Below are positions 1-8,732 of a DNA stretch of 46,691 bases, in pieces. Within the stretch, counting starts at the first letter, position 1; each line of letters begins with the position of its first letter. The stretch is from Candidatus Omnitrophota bacterium (lineage in GTDB: Bacteria > Omnitrophota > Gorgyraeia > JABMQH01): positions 1 through 46,691 of the forward strand of contig JAPLLL010000127.1 of assembly GCA_026387595.1 (NCBI GenBank), read 5' to 3'. The position numbers were made by a program, and so were the translations under genes. The notes under the pieces were generated by a model that made no database searches, had not been told where the DNA came from, and worked only from the letters and a program-made list of their open reading frames with translations.

Positions 1-118
1 CGGTAGTTTTATTGAAGGGCCGCGCTTCGAAGCAAAAAATCTTCGAAGTATTAAAATAGAAAGGGTTTGCCATGAACAATGAAATAACTAAAAAAATCAA
101 GACCGGAGATGCGCATCA

Positions 119-511
119 ATGCAGACCCTGATAGTCGACGCTTACAATGTCATACACGCGATACCAGAATTGGAAGAGATGCTGGATGAAAGCCTGCAGG
201 CCGCGCGGTTGGCCCTTGTGCGGCTCCTGTCGGATTTTAAAAATTCAAGAAAAGATATCGAGAGGGTCTATATAGTTTTTGACGGTAAAGGCGATATGTA
301 CGACGAACAGGAATCCGCGGGAAGCGGGATAACCGCCTTCTATACCCAGAAAGGCAAGGACGCCGACAGGAAAATAATGGAGATCATAAAAGATTCAAAA
401 GATCCCGCCGGCATCACGGTCGTGTCAAACGACAACTTTGTTTACAATAACAGCCGCTCGTTAGGGGCCCGCATAAAGACCGTAAAAGAATTCTGCCGTT
501 TGCTTGATTAA
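119..511 (+). CDS. YacP-like NYN/PIN-fold ribonuclease domain protein
   Basis: 130-aa ORF. The N-terminal LIVDAYNVIH, central IVFDG and C-terminal VVSNDN pattern is typical of the YacP/Rae1 NYN family. It is followed 2 nt later by ttcA. Confidence 0.6.
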   Translation: MQTLIVDAYNVIHAIPELEEMLDESLQAARLALVRLLSDFKNSRKDIERVYIVFDGKGDMYDEQESAGSGITAFYTQKGKDADRKIMEIIKDSKDPAGITVVSNDNFVYNNSRSLGARIKTVKEFCRLLD

Positions 512-513
512 CG

Positions 514-1239
514 ATGAAAACAAAATTAGATAACGCGACGTTTTTTCTGTCCAAGAAAGTCGGCAGGGCCCTTACCGATTATAAGATGATGGAAGACGGG
601 GACAAGATATTGGTTGCCGTTTCCGGGGGCAAGGACAGTCTTTCTCTTTTACGGATACTGAAATACCGTCAGTCCTTTGTGCCGATAAAGTACGAGATCA
701 TGGCGGTGCATATAGACATGGGCTATGACCGCAAACATTCCGTGGTGCTTCGTAAATATTTCAAAAAAAACGGTTATAAATATCATATCGGCAAAGAAAG
801 ACTGCAAAAAAAAGGCCAAAGGCCCGAAGCAATAAACTGTTTCTGGTGCTCATGGAACCGCCGCAAGGCCTTGTTTAAATTCGCTGAAAGATCAGGTTAC
901 AAAAAAATAGCCCTTGGCCACCATAAAGATGATATAATCGAAACAATGCTTATGAACCTGTTCTTTAACGGCGAGATAAGCGCGATGTCGCCGAAACAGG
1001 AGTTGTTCGGAGGCAAGATCACGATATTAAGGCCGCTTGCGTATGTTGAAGAAAAAGAGCTTGCCAGGTTCAGCCGGCTGAATAGATTTCCGGCCGTAAA
1101 ATGCGGATGCCCGAATGCGGGCAAAACGCAAAGAGAAAAGATGGGCCGTTTAATAAAGGAGGTGGAAAGGACCTGCCCCGCCGTAAAGTCAAATATGTTC
1201 AATTCGATGAAGAAGATAAAAAAAGAATATATGGCATGA
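514..1239 (+). CDS. ttcA: tRNA 2-thiocytidine(32) synthetase TtcA (PP-loop ATPase)
   Basis: PP-loop SGGKDS, the CFWCSW cysteine motif, a C-terminal CGC pair and a length of 241 aa. Confidence 0.8.
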   Translation: MKTKLDNATFFLSKKVGRALTDYKMMEDGDKILVAVSGGKDSLSLLRILKYRQSFVPIKYEIMAVHIDMGYDRKHSVVLRKYFKKNGYKYHIGKERLQKKGQRPEAINCFWCSWNRRKALFKFAERSGYKKIALGHHKDDIIETMLMNLFFNGEISAMSPKQELFGGKITILRPLAYVEEKELARFSRLNRFPAVKCGCPNAGKTQREKMGRLIKEVERTCPAVKSNMFNSMKKIKKEYMA

Positions 1240-1742
1240 AGAGATCCTTTACGTTGATCGAACTTTTGATTGTGATCGTAATAATCGGCGTTTTGGCGTC
1301 GTTAGCTATCCCTAAATATCAGAATTACGTCAATTACGCAAAGACTATTCCCAAAATGGCCAATTTGCTGCGCGCGATAAATACGTTCCATGCCACAACC
1401 GGCTATTGGCCCTATACGCTGGATGAAAGCGGGAACCAGATCAATGGCGAGGATTTTGGGAATATACAGACGCTGGCTGGATGGAAATCCAAGAAATGCG
1501 GGCTTTGGGATACTGCCGGGCAATATCCCAATTGGACAGGGCCCTATGTCGACAATCCCGATGCTTTCTTGGATCCATGGGGAACAGTCATTTGGTGGGA
1601 TGGGAATCCCCAGTGGGAACCCGCGCCGCACGGAACATCGCTGGTGTCGCTGGGGCCGAATAAGGTCGATGATGGTTCATGGAACTCAGGTTTCGATTAT
1701 GCTGTGAAAAAAGGAGATGATGTTGTTCTGTTCCAGAGATAA
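1236..1742 (+). CDS. GspG-like pseudopilin (prepilin-type N-terminal cleavage/methylation domain)
   Basis: The internal ATG at 1236 overlaps the ttcA stop (ATGA). N-terminus MKRSFTLIELLIVIVIIGVLASLAIP, with a C-terminal DPWG...SLGPNKVDDG motif like T2SS major pseudopilins. The track ORF starting at 1101 is an upstream read-through. Confidence 0.7.
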   Translation: MKRSFTLIELLIVIVIIGVLASLAIPKYQNYVNYAKTIPKMANLLRAINTFHATTGYWPYTLDESGNQINGEDFGNIQTLAGWKSKKCGLWDTAGQYPNWTGPYVDNPDAFLDPWGTVIWWDGNPQWEPAPHGTSLVSLGPNKVDDGSWNSGFDYAVKKGDDVVLFQR

Positions 1743-1779
1743 TGATTGGTCGGTGGCAATAACTAGAGGAGGAGGTAAT

Positions 1780-2466
1780 ATGAAAAAGTTTACGGTGATC
1801 GGGTTAGTATGTTTAATGTTCTATGTTCTATACCCGGCTGCGGCCAGGGCGGATGGCAATAAGTGGACCGACCTGGTGGAAGAGTCGGGCAAGGTGCTGG
1901 ATGAAATACAGAGGATGCCCGACCAGAGCATACCCGAGGACCTGTTGAGGAAATGTTCGGCGATAGCGATATTTCCGTCGACCGTATCAGGCGGTTTTAT
2001 CATAGGCGGAAAATACGGCCAGGGTATCATAATGGTGAAAGACCCCGGTACGAAACAATGGTCGGCACCGGCTATTTTCACGATAGCGGGCGGCAGTTTT
2101 GGCTGGCAGATAGGCGGCCAGGCGACGGATTTCGTACTTGTGGTAACGAACAGAAGAAGCGTGGACGGGCTTCTGGCGAGCAAGTTTAAGCTTGGCGCGG
2201 ATGCGGGAGTAGCCGCAGGCCCGGTAGGAAGGGACGCAGAGGCCTCAACCGATGCCCAGCTTAAAGGCGGCATCCTGTCTTATTCAAGGAGCCGCGGGTT
2301 ATTTGCGGGCGTAAAACTGGAAGGCGCGGTTATAGCCCAGCACAGGGAAGGCAATAAGGAGCTTTACAATAAGGAGCTGACCGCGAAAGAAATACTTACA
2401 GAAAACAAGGCAGCTATGCCGAAATCGGCTGACGGCGTATTGAATATACTGAACAAGTATAGATAA
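1780..2466 (+). CDS. SYLF (Ysc84/DUF500) lipid-binding domain protein, secreted
   Basis: GGAGGAGG sits 6 nt upstream of the ATG at 1780. Signal peptide MKKFTVIGLVCLMFYVLYPAAARA. SYLF-like body (GGKYGQGI..., GWQIGG, LGADAGVAAGPVGR, LSYSRSRGLFAG). Confidence 0.6.
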   Translation: MKKFTVIGLVCLMFYVLYPAAARADGNKWTDLVEESGKVLDEIQRMPDQSIPEDLLRKCSAIAIFPSTVSGGFIIGGKYGQGIIMVKDPGTKQWSAPAIFTIAGGSFGWQIGGQATDFVLVVTNRRSVDGLLASKFKLGADAGVAAGPVGRDAEASTDAQLKGGILSYSRSRGLFAGVKLEGAVIAQHREGNKELYNKELTAKEILTENKAAMPKSADGVLNILNKYR

Positions 2467-2472
2467 TCATAG

Positions 2473-2948
2473 ATGCTGAACAGGGAGCAGATAGAGGCGC
2501 TCATAAAAGAAAGGGCGCTTGTAAGTGGTTTTATTGACCTCACAACCCAGCTTACGCCGAACGGGTTCGACCTGACGGCTGCGCAGATCTGCGAATTTGA
2601 CGAGGAGGGCGCGGTTGATTTTTCCAACAAGGAAAGAAAGGTGCCCGCCGGCAAAGCCATCCCGGCGGAAAAGAAAAACCCGGATGATAAATTCGGCTGG
2701 TGGGTACTTAAGCGCGGCGCCTATAAGGTCCTGGCATCGCTTTTACGAGGACAACGCTTTTACGCATGGGCGTGTTCACCCAGAACGGCGTATGGGACGC
2801 GGGCTTCAGCGGAAGAAGCGAGTTTATCCTGGTGGTGGAAAACCCGAACGGCATACGGCTCAAACAAAACGCAAGGGTTGTGCAGCTCGTGTTCCAGCCT
2901 ATAAGCGAAACAAGCCACGGTTATAAAGGGATCTATAAGGACAAGTGA
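2473..2948 (+). pseudogene. Archaeal-type dUTPase / dCTP-deaminase-superfamily gene (MJ1102-like), reading frame broken
   Basis: The N-terminal part (frame of 2473) has QLTPNGFDL and VDFSNKERKVP and makes sense up to GAYKV (about 2730). The C-terminal part, GIAFTRTTLLRMGVFTQNGVWDAGFSG...QLVF...YKGIYKDK, is in the frame of 2766 and is open only from 2727. About 11-13 residues expected between the two parts are absent. Confidence 0.55.
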
Positions 2949-3568
2949 TACCCGTTATTTATGAGGACCAGTGGCTTTTGATCCTGGATAAGCCGGAAGG
3001 CCTTCTGGTGATACCCACGCCGAAGGCAGAAACGCATACCCTCACAGGCATACTGAATGAGCGGTTAAAAAAAGATAACATCCCTTACCGGCTGCATCCG
3101 TGCCACAGGCTTGACAGGGATACTTCGGGCCTTATTATTTATGCCAAAGGGAAATCCATCCAGAAAAAGATGATGGATGGATTCAGGGATAAGAAGATAA
3201 AGAAAAAATACATAGCGTTCGTGCAGGGCTGTCCCAGGATTTCGGATGGCCAGATCACCGACCGCATAGAAGGCCGGCCCGCCGTTACCAAATACCGTAT
3301 CTTGGAATGCCGCGATGATTTCAGCGTTGTGGAGGCATCGCCTGTAACCGGCCGGACAAACCAGATAAGGCTGCACTTCAAACAACTCGGGAACCCTATT
3401 TTAGGCGATACGCGGTTTGTGTTCCGGCGGCACTTCAAGGTCAAGGCAAAAAGGCTGTGCCTGCACGCGAAGTCATTAGAATTCATACACCCGATCACAG
3501 GGGAAAAAATATTCGCGGAATCAGAGTTGCCGGATAAGATGTGCCAGATGTTAGAAAGGAGACAGTGA
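2945..3568 (+). CDS. RluA-family pseudouridine synthase
   Basis: The GTG start overlaps the upstream stop (GTGA). Catalytic HRLDRDTSGL motif, and GRTNQIRLH. Confidence 0.8.
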   Translation: MIPVIYEDQWLLILDKPEGLLVIPTPKAETHTLTGILNERLKKDNIPYRLHPCHRLDRDTSGLIIYAKGKSIQKKMMDGFRDKKIKKKYIAFVQGCPRISDGQITDRIEGRPAVTKYRILECRDDFSVVEASPVTGRTNQIRLHFKQLGNPILGDTRFVFRRHFKVKAKRLCLHAKSLEFIHPITGEKIFAESELPDKMCQMLERRQ

Positions 3569-3569
3569 T

Positions 3570-4016
3570 ATGCTTGATGAAAAAATAATAGCTGATTACA
3601 AAGAGGCAATGAAAAGCAAGGACAGCGTTAAGATCTCCACGCTCAGTTTCCTGCGCGCGGCCATGGGGAACCTTGCGATAGACAAAAAGAAAGACAAGCT
3701 GGATGACAGCGATATCATAACTATCATAAGAAAGCAGATAAAGCAAAGGCAGGAATCCATAGAGCAGTTCAAAAAGGGCAACCGGCCCGAGCTTGCCGCC
3801 AAGGAGGAAAAGGAACTGGATATCCTTAAGTCGTATTTGCCGAAAGAAATTTCCGCGGATGAGATAAAAAAGTTCATAGAAGAAGCGGTTGCCTCAACCG
3901 GGGCCGCCGGCATGAAAGATATGGGAAAGGTCATGAAAGAGGTAAGCGTTAAGATCGCCGGAAGGGCTGACGGTAAACTGGTAAGCGACCTGGTAAAAGA
4001 GAGGCTGGGTAAATAA
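3570..4016 (+). CDS. GatB/YqeY domain protein
   Basis: 148 aa, with AMKSKD...ST(L)SFLRAA...KKD and C-terminal GKVMKEV...GRADGKLVS typical of YqeY. Confidence 0.75.
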   Translation: MLDEKIIADYKEAMKSKDSVKISTLSFLRAAMGNLAIDKKKDKLDDSDIITIIRKQIKQRQESIEQFKKGNRPELAAKEEKELDILKSYLPKEISADEIKKFIEEAVASTGAAGMKDMGKVMKEVSVKIAGRADGKLVSDLVKERLGK

Positions 4017-4028
4017 CAGGAGGTTCGT

Positions 4029-4997
4029 ATGGTAAAGATTGCCGAGATAACGGCGCAGGGGATGGATACCAAGAAATTCATAGACGAAAAAACAAAAGAG
4101 ATCGCGACAACCGTAGGATCAGGGCTCGCGATCAACGCGCTGTCGGGCGGCGTTGATTCGTCCGCAGTCACAATGCTCGGCCACAAGGCGCTGGGCAAGA
4201 GGCTTAAGACCTATTTTATAAATAACGGCATCATGAGGGAGGGCGAGCCCGAACGTGTTGTTGCGTTGTTTAAGGGGTTCGGCGTTACGGTGGAGCTGTT
4301 GGACGCGCAGGCAGAATTTTTTAAGGCCTTAAAAGGCATAACCGATCCCGAGCAGAAGAGAGAGGCCATTACGCAGACGTTTTACAAGAATGTATTCGGG
4401 AGGATCGTAAAGGAAAGCGGCGCTAAATACCTGCTGCAGGGGACCATTCTTACTGACGTGGACGAAACCATTGCCGGGATAAAAAGACAGCACAATGTTT
4501 TTGAACAGCTGGGCATAGACCCGCAGGCCGCGTTCGGATATAAAATAATCGAGCCGCTTGTGCAGCTGCGGAAAGACGGCGTAAGAAAAGTCGCTGAAGC
4601 GCTCGGCCTTCCGAAGGTCGTATACGACAGGATGCCTTTCCCCGGGCCCGCCTTATCGGCGCGCGTAATAGGCGAGGCGACACCCGAGAGGATAAAGACC
4701 GCGCGTAGGGCGACCGCAATAGTAGAGGAAGAGTTTTCGGCAGTAAACGCGTTTCAATACATGGCCATACTGCACGAGGACCGCGTTACGGGTATCCGCG
4801 CCGGGAAGCGCGAATTCGGCCAGCAGATAGAAATACGCTGCTGGGACAGCATTGACGCGCGGGTCGCGAGCCCTACAAGGCTTCCGTTTGAAATGCTTGA
4901 GAAGGTCTCGAAGAGGATGATTGCGGAGGTCCCCGGAGTGGTAAGCGTTACATACAACATCACGACGAAACCGCCGTCAACAATAGAAGCGGTTTAA
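4029..4997 (+). CDS. Stand-alone GMP synthase ATP-pyrophosphatase subunit (GuaA subunit B-like)
   Basis: PP-loop SGGVDSS, PFPGPALSARV, and the C-terminal dimerisation end KPPSTIEAV. There is no glutamine amidotransferase domain. AGGAGG lies upstream. Confidence 0.7.
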   Translation: MVKIAEITAQGMDTKKFIDEKTKEIATTVGSGLAINALSGGVDSSAVTMLGHKALGKRLKTYFINNGIMREGEPERVVALFKGFGVTVELLDAQAEFFKALKGITDPEQKREAITQTFYKNVFGRIVKESGAKYLLQGTILTDVDETIAGIKRQHNVFEQLGIDPQAAFGYKIIEPLVQLRKDGVRKVAEALGLPKVVYDRMPFPGPALSARVIGEATPERIKTARRATAIVEEEFSAVNAFQYMAILHEDRVTGIRAGKREFGQQIEIRCWDSIDARVASPTRLPFEMLEKVSKRMIAEVPGVVSVTYNITTKPPSTIEAV

Positions 4998-5001
4998 ATA
5001 T

Positions 5002-5424
5002 ATGCCGGGATTCGGTGTAAGCCCTGAAAAAGAAATGGCGCTCGCGTATAAGATGTCACGCCTTGGTATCCGGGAAGCGGATATTACCGAAGATTTTATA
5101 AGGTCGCAGGGCCCGGGCGGCCAGAACGTAAATAAAACCTCCAGCCGCGTATACCTTAAGCATGTTCCCACCGGCATAGAGGTAAAATGCCAGAGGGAGC
5201 GCTCCCAGGCGCTGAACCGTTATGTCGCGCGGAACATCCTTGCCGATAAGATAGAGGCGCTTGTCCTCGGCAGGCTGTCGGAAGAAAGACAGCGCATCGA
5301 AAAGATCAGGCGCCAGAAACGCAAACGCTCCAAACGGGCAAAGCTCAAGGTCCTTGAATCAAAGCGCAGGCATGCCCAGAAAAAACATCTCCGCGCAAAA
5401 ATATGGCACACAGGACATGAATAA
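5002..5424 (+). CDS. RF-1 domain (GGQ) peptidyl-tRNA hydrolase, ArfB-like
   Basis: GPGGQNVNKTSS motif followed by a long Lys/Arg-rich C-terminal tail. Confidence 0.65.
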   Translation: MPGFGVSPEKEMALAYKMSRLGIREADITEDFIRSQGPGGQNVNKTSSRVYLKHVPTGIEVKCQRERSQALNRYVARNILADKIEALVLGRLSEERQRIEKIRRQKRKRSKRAKLKVLESKRRHAQKKHLRAKIWHTGHE

Positions 5425-5911
5425 GCGCAAAAAGACACATGGCTTTACGCTGATAGAGCTGTTGATCGTGGTTGTCATCATCGGCATTCTCGTCGCGCTG
5501 GCCATGCCGGTAATGAATAATATAAAGGTAAAAGCCGTAGCGAGTGAGGCGATAATGCAGCTTGGTGCTATCAGATTTGCTGAACGGGCCTCTTTTGCCG
5601 AAACCGGAAAACACGGAGATTTTTCAGGGATCGATCTGAACGGGCAATATTTCAGTAGCATATGCTATACGGCTACACCGCCTATAATCGGATGGCGAAA
5701 CGGCGATCCAAACTCGGTATTATTTTTTTGCGCTATTACGCTCACTGAAGCGCCGAAAAAATCCGTGGTTTTTGGTATTTGGGGCCAAAACTTTGTCATC
5801 CCGTTAACGACCTATATTGCAATAGATGATAGGGGGAATTTTTATAGCGATCTTCCTCAACTTGGTTATCCGCCAGCCCCGCAGGTTCCAAATATCAGTA
5901 TTCTTGATTGA
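5417..5911 (+). CDS. Prepilin-type N-terminal cleavage/methylation domain protein (pseudopilin-like)
   Basis: The ATG at 5417 overlaps the end of the upstream gene by 8 nt. N-terminus MNKRKKTHGFTLIELLIVVVIIGILVALAMP. The track ORF from 5261 is an upstream extension. Confidence 0.7.
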   Translation: MNKRKKTHGFTLIELLIVVVIIGILVALAMPVMNNIKVKAVASEAIMQLGAIRFAERASFAETGKHGDFSGIDLNGQYFSSICYTATPPIIGWRNGDPNSVLFFCAITLTEAPKKSVVFGIWGQNFVIPLTTYIAIDDRGNFYSDLPQLGYPPAPQVPNISILD

Positions 5912-5928
5912 TCTTGAGACAAGAAGAC

Positions 5929-7230
5929 ATGGATGAAAAAAAGACGCTTGCTTTAGGAATCGTAAGACAATTGGTAAAAAACGGCTTTACCGCGTATTTC
6001 GCGGGCGGATGCGTGCGGGATATGGCGATGAAGCGCGCCCCTGCCGATTACGATATCGCGACGGACGCAACGCCGAATCAACTGAAGAAACGTTTTAAAA
6101 AAACGGTTTTTGTCGGCGCGGAATTCGGCACAGTGCTTGTGGTAAATGAAGGCGCGGCCTTTCAGGTCACCACATTCAGGGGTAAAGGCCGCGGCGAATT
6201 TTCAAAAGACCCGGAAACCGACGCGCAAAACAGGGATTTTACGATAAACGCCCTTTTTTACGATCCGCTCAAAAAGAAGGTCATAGATTATTGCGGCGGC
6301 CTGTCTGATATAAAGAAAAAGATCATACGCACGATTCAGGCGCCGGAGATCTGCTTCAGCCAGGACCCGTTAAGGCCGCTTCGCGCGATACGCATATCAT
6401 CGCGCCTTGGTTTTGATATCGAAAAAAATACTTTTGCCGCAATTAAAAAATTCCGTAACCAGCTAAACAGCGTCAGTAAAGAACGAATAAAGGATGAGCT
6501 CGTTAAAATATTTACCGGGCCCGATCCTTATAAGGGCATGCAGCTTCTCGATGGAACGGGTCTACTTGTGGTTTTATTGCCGGAGGTAGAGGCGTTAAAG
6601 GGCGTGGAGCAGCCGGAAAAATTCCATCCGGAAGGAGATGTATTCGTGCATACCATGCTTTTGATAAAGCAGCTGAAAAACGCCGATATAGTGCTTGCGT
6701 TCGCATGCCTGCTGCACGATGTGGGCAAGCCCGGGACCTTTGAGCGGACGGATCGCATAAGATTCCACGGCCACGACAGGTTAGGCGCCCAGATCGCGGA
6801 AAATATCCTCATGCGGCTGAGATTTTCAAACGACGAAATAAAAAAAATAACATATTGTATCGATAACCATATGCGGATAATTAACGTGACAAAGATGCGC
6901 GAAAGCACGTTAAAAAGAATGTTCCTGGAAGAAACTTTTGAGACGGAGCTTTTGCTGCACAAATATGACTGCATGGCAAGCCACAAAGACATGACCATCT
7001 ATGATTTTCTTACGAAAAAGTATAGCGCATTTAAACGGCGCAAGGTCCTGCCTAAGCCTGTAATGGACGGGCACCAGATCATGGAATTCGGATTTAAAGA
7101 AGGGCCTATCATAGGAAAGATCCAAAAAGAAATGGTGGACCTGCAGCTTGAAGGTAAAATAAAGTCCAGGCAAAAGGCAAAGGAATGGCTGTTAAAAAAA
7201 TGGATGAAAAAGCGGCCGCAAAAGAAATAG
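5929..7230 (+). CDS. cca: CCA-adding enzyme / tRNA nucleotidyltransferase with HD domain
   Basis: GGCVRD...DYDIAT nucleotidyltransferase head and an HD region (LLHDVGKP...HGHD). The ATG at 5929 is preferred over the TTG at 5908. Confidence 0.75.
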   Translation: MDEKKTLALGIVRQLVKNGFTAYFAGGCVRDMAMKRAPADYDIATDATPNQLKKRFKKTVFVGAEFGTVLVVNEGAAFQVTTFRGKGRGEFSKDPETDAQNRDFTINALFYDPLKKKVIDYCGGLSDIKKKIIRTIQAPEICFSQDPLRPLRAIRISSRLGFDIEKNTFAAIKKFRNQLNSVSKERIKDELVKIFTGPDPYKGMQLLDGTGLLVVLLPEVEALKGVEQPEKFHPEGDVFVHTMLLIKQLKNADIVLAFACLLHDVGKPGTFERTDRIRFHGHDRLGAQIAENILMRLRFSNDEIKKITYCIDNHMRIINVTKMRESTLKRMFLEETFETELLLHKYDCMASHKDMTIYDFLTKKYSAFKRRKVLPKPVMDGHQIMEFGFKEGPIIGKIQKEMVDLQLEGKIKSRQKAKEWLLKKWMKKRPQKK

Positions 7231-7841
7231 TCAGGCGGCTTAAGAAGGAATACCCGGCCGCCAGGACCGCGCTTAAATTCAAGACGCCGGTGCAAATGCT
7301 TGTTTCGACGATCCTTTCCGCGCAGTGCACGGACGAGCGCGTAAACAAGGTCACGCCCGGATTGTTTAAAAAATATAAAACTGCCGGCGATTTCGCAAAG
7401 GCCGACCTTAAGGTATTTGAGAACGAAATACGCTCAACCGGTTTTTACCATAACAAGGCGAAAAACATAATAGGCGCCGCAAAGATGATTGTTTCCGGAT
7501 TCGGCGGCGATGTCCCGGATACAATGGAGGAACTGGTTACGCTTCCCGGCGTGGCAAGAAAGACCGCGAACGTGGTCCTACACAACGTATTCGGGAAAGT
7601 GGAGGGTGTAGTTGTTGATACGCATGTGCGCAGGCTCACGCAGCGGCTCGGGCTTGCGGATACGGATGACCCCGTAAAAATAGAAAAACAGCTGATGTCC
7701 CTGCTGCCGCGTTCCGAATGGGGGGAGGTCAGCTATTTGTTGATCGACCACGGCAGAAAGATCTGCAAGGCAAGGAACCCGGACCATAAGGGCTGCGTAT
7801 TGAATAATATTTGCCCGTCCGCCCGCCTTGACTTTAAGTAA
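7185..7841 (+). CDS. nth: Endonuclease III
   Basis: HhH-GPD core (LVTLPGVARKTANVVL, VDTHVRR) and a C-terminal Cys cluster (CKAR...C..NNICPS). The start could be 7185 or 7200. Confidence 0.85.
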   Translation: MAVKKMDEKAAAKEIVRRLKKEYPAARTALKFKTPVQMLVSTILSAQCTDERVNKVTPGLFKKYKTAGDFAKADLKVFENEIRSTGFYHNKAKNIIGAAKMIVSGFGGDVPDTMEELVTLPGVARKTANVVLHNVFGKVEGVVVDTHVRRLTQRLGLADTDDPVKIEKQLMSLLPRSEWGEVSYLLIDHGRKICKARNPDHKGCVLNNICPSARLDFK

Positions 7842-7855
7842 AAGTATGGTATACT
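7828..7855 (+). promoter_or_regulatory. Putative sigma70 promoter with extended -10 (TTGACT-16-TGgTATACT)
   Basis: TTGACT at 7828-7833, a 16-nt spacer ending in TGG, and TATACT at 7850-7855, upstream of the gene starting at 7878. Confidence 0.4.
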
Positions 7856-7877
7856 TTTGCAAAAGGAGTGTCCAAAA

Positions 7878-8726
7878 ATGAAAAGCATTAATGTAATTGT
7901 ATCAGTGATTATAGCCGCAATACTTGCAATTCCTTCTATTGCATTCGCCGCCGGAGTGGGAAGTCCTGCGAGCCCTGACAGCCCGAAAGGGCCGGGGGTG
8001 TTCAGCCTTAAGCAGAGCAAGAATCTGGACATAAAAGTCGGCGGAGATATCGATCTCCTATTCGGAAGGGATATCAAGGGAAACGGCACCTCTGTTTCAG
8101 GCGCGAAGATCACGAGCGGCCAATGGTACATGGGCAAGATCAGCTGTACGCTTTTCAACAGGTTCTCTCCGTATGTGGAATTGGGCACCGCTCGCCTTAA
8201 GGCAAAATGGACCGAGAACGGGCAAGACGTGAAGCTGGAAAGCGACACGAATTTTGCCTGGGGCCTGGGCGGGAAATTCCTTATATGGGATTTTCAGAAA
8301 CCGAAGATTAAACTTATAACAGACGGCCTTTACAGGGCGTCGGAACTGGATGCGGAAAAAGGCACAGCAGGCGGTTCGAGTATCAATAATCTGGATAAAT
8401 CAAAATCTTTCGCTATGCTGAGAGAGTGGCAGATAGCGCTTATTGCGGCCGGCGAGTTCGATGTAACAGGCGGCAAGTCAGAAGAAGTGCTCGGCGTATC
8501 AACGATACTTCCGTATGCCGGCATCAAATACTCAGATATAAGCGGCAGGTTCAAGCTGGAACAATCAACCGGCAATTTCTATAATCCCGGCAAAATAAAG
8601 TCTGATAGAAATGTGGGGATCGTATTTGGCTGCGATTTTGTCGGGCCCAATTCAGTATCGCTTAATTTAGAAGGCAGGCTGATAGACGAAGAGGCGTTTA
8701 CAGGCGGTCTGACGGTCCTGTTTTAA
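7878..8726 (+). CDS. Outer-membrane beta-barrel protein (porin-like), family unknown
   Basis: AAGGAG lies 9 nt upstream of the ATG at 7878. Signal peptide ...IPSIAFAAG, alternating beta-strand pattern, and a C-terminal ...GGLTVLF ending in Phe. Confidence 0.5.
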   Translation: MKSINVIVSVIIAAILAIPSIAFAAGVGSPASPDSPKGPGVFSLKQSKNLDIKVGGDIDLLFGRDIKGNGTSVSGAKITSGQWYMGKISCTLFNRFSPYVELGTARLKAKWTENGQDVKLESDTNFAWGLGGKFLIWDFQKPKIKLITDGLYRASELDAEKGTAGGSSINNLDKSKSFAMLREWQIALIAAGEFDVTGGKSEEVLGVSTILPYAGIKYSDISGRFKLEQSTGNFYNPGKIKSDRNVGIVFGCDFVGPNSVSLNLEGRLIDEEAFTGGLTVLF

Positions 8727-8732
8727 AAATTG

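Noticed and set aside
25-48. Two copies of the palindromic octamer CTTCGAAG separated by 8 nt near the window start. They could form an 8-bp hairpin, possibly a terminator of the upstream gene.
   Set aside because: No T-run follows, and the upstream gene is outside the window. The evidence is too thin for a call.
1101-1235. Upstream extensions of track ORFs: 1101 for the pseudopilin, 1717 for the SYLF protein, 5261 for the second pilin, 10766 for bioH, 34903 for purF, 15638 for DUF4912 and 7857 for the OMP.
   Set aside because: The extensions overlap the preceding conserved genes in another frame and encode non-homologous sequence. Internal starts give canonical N-termini (FTLIELL, signal peptides, the CGLFGV propeptide) and have SD sequences or coupled overlaps.
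3596-4198. Long antisense ORFs overlapping well-supported plus-strand genes. Examples on the minus strand are 3596-4198, 31733-32443, 37159-37845, 38146-39048, 40864-41775 and 24225-24803.
   Set aside because: Their translations are low-complexity (Ser/Pro/Ala/Arg-rich), with no recognisable motifs or RBS. Each lies opposite a gene with strong family signatures, and one even runs across the tRNA-Leu. They are treated as shadow ORFs.
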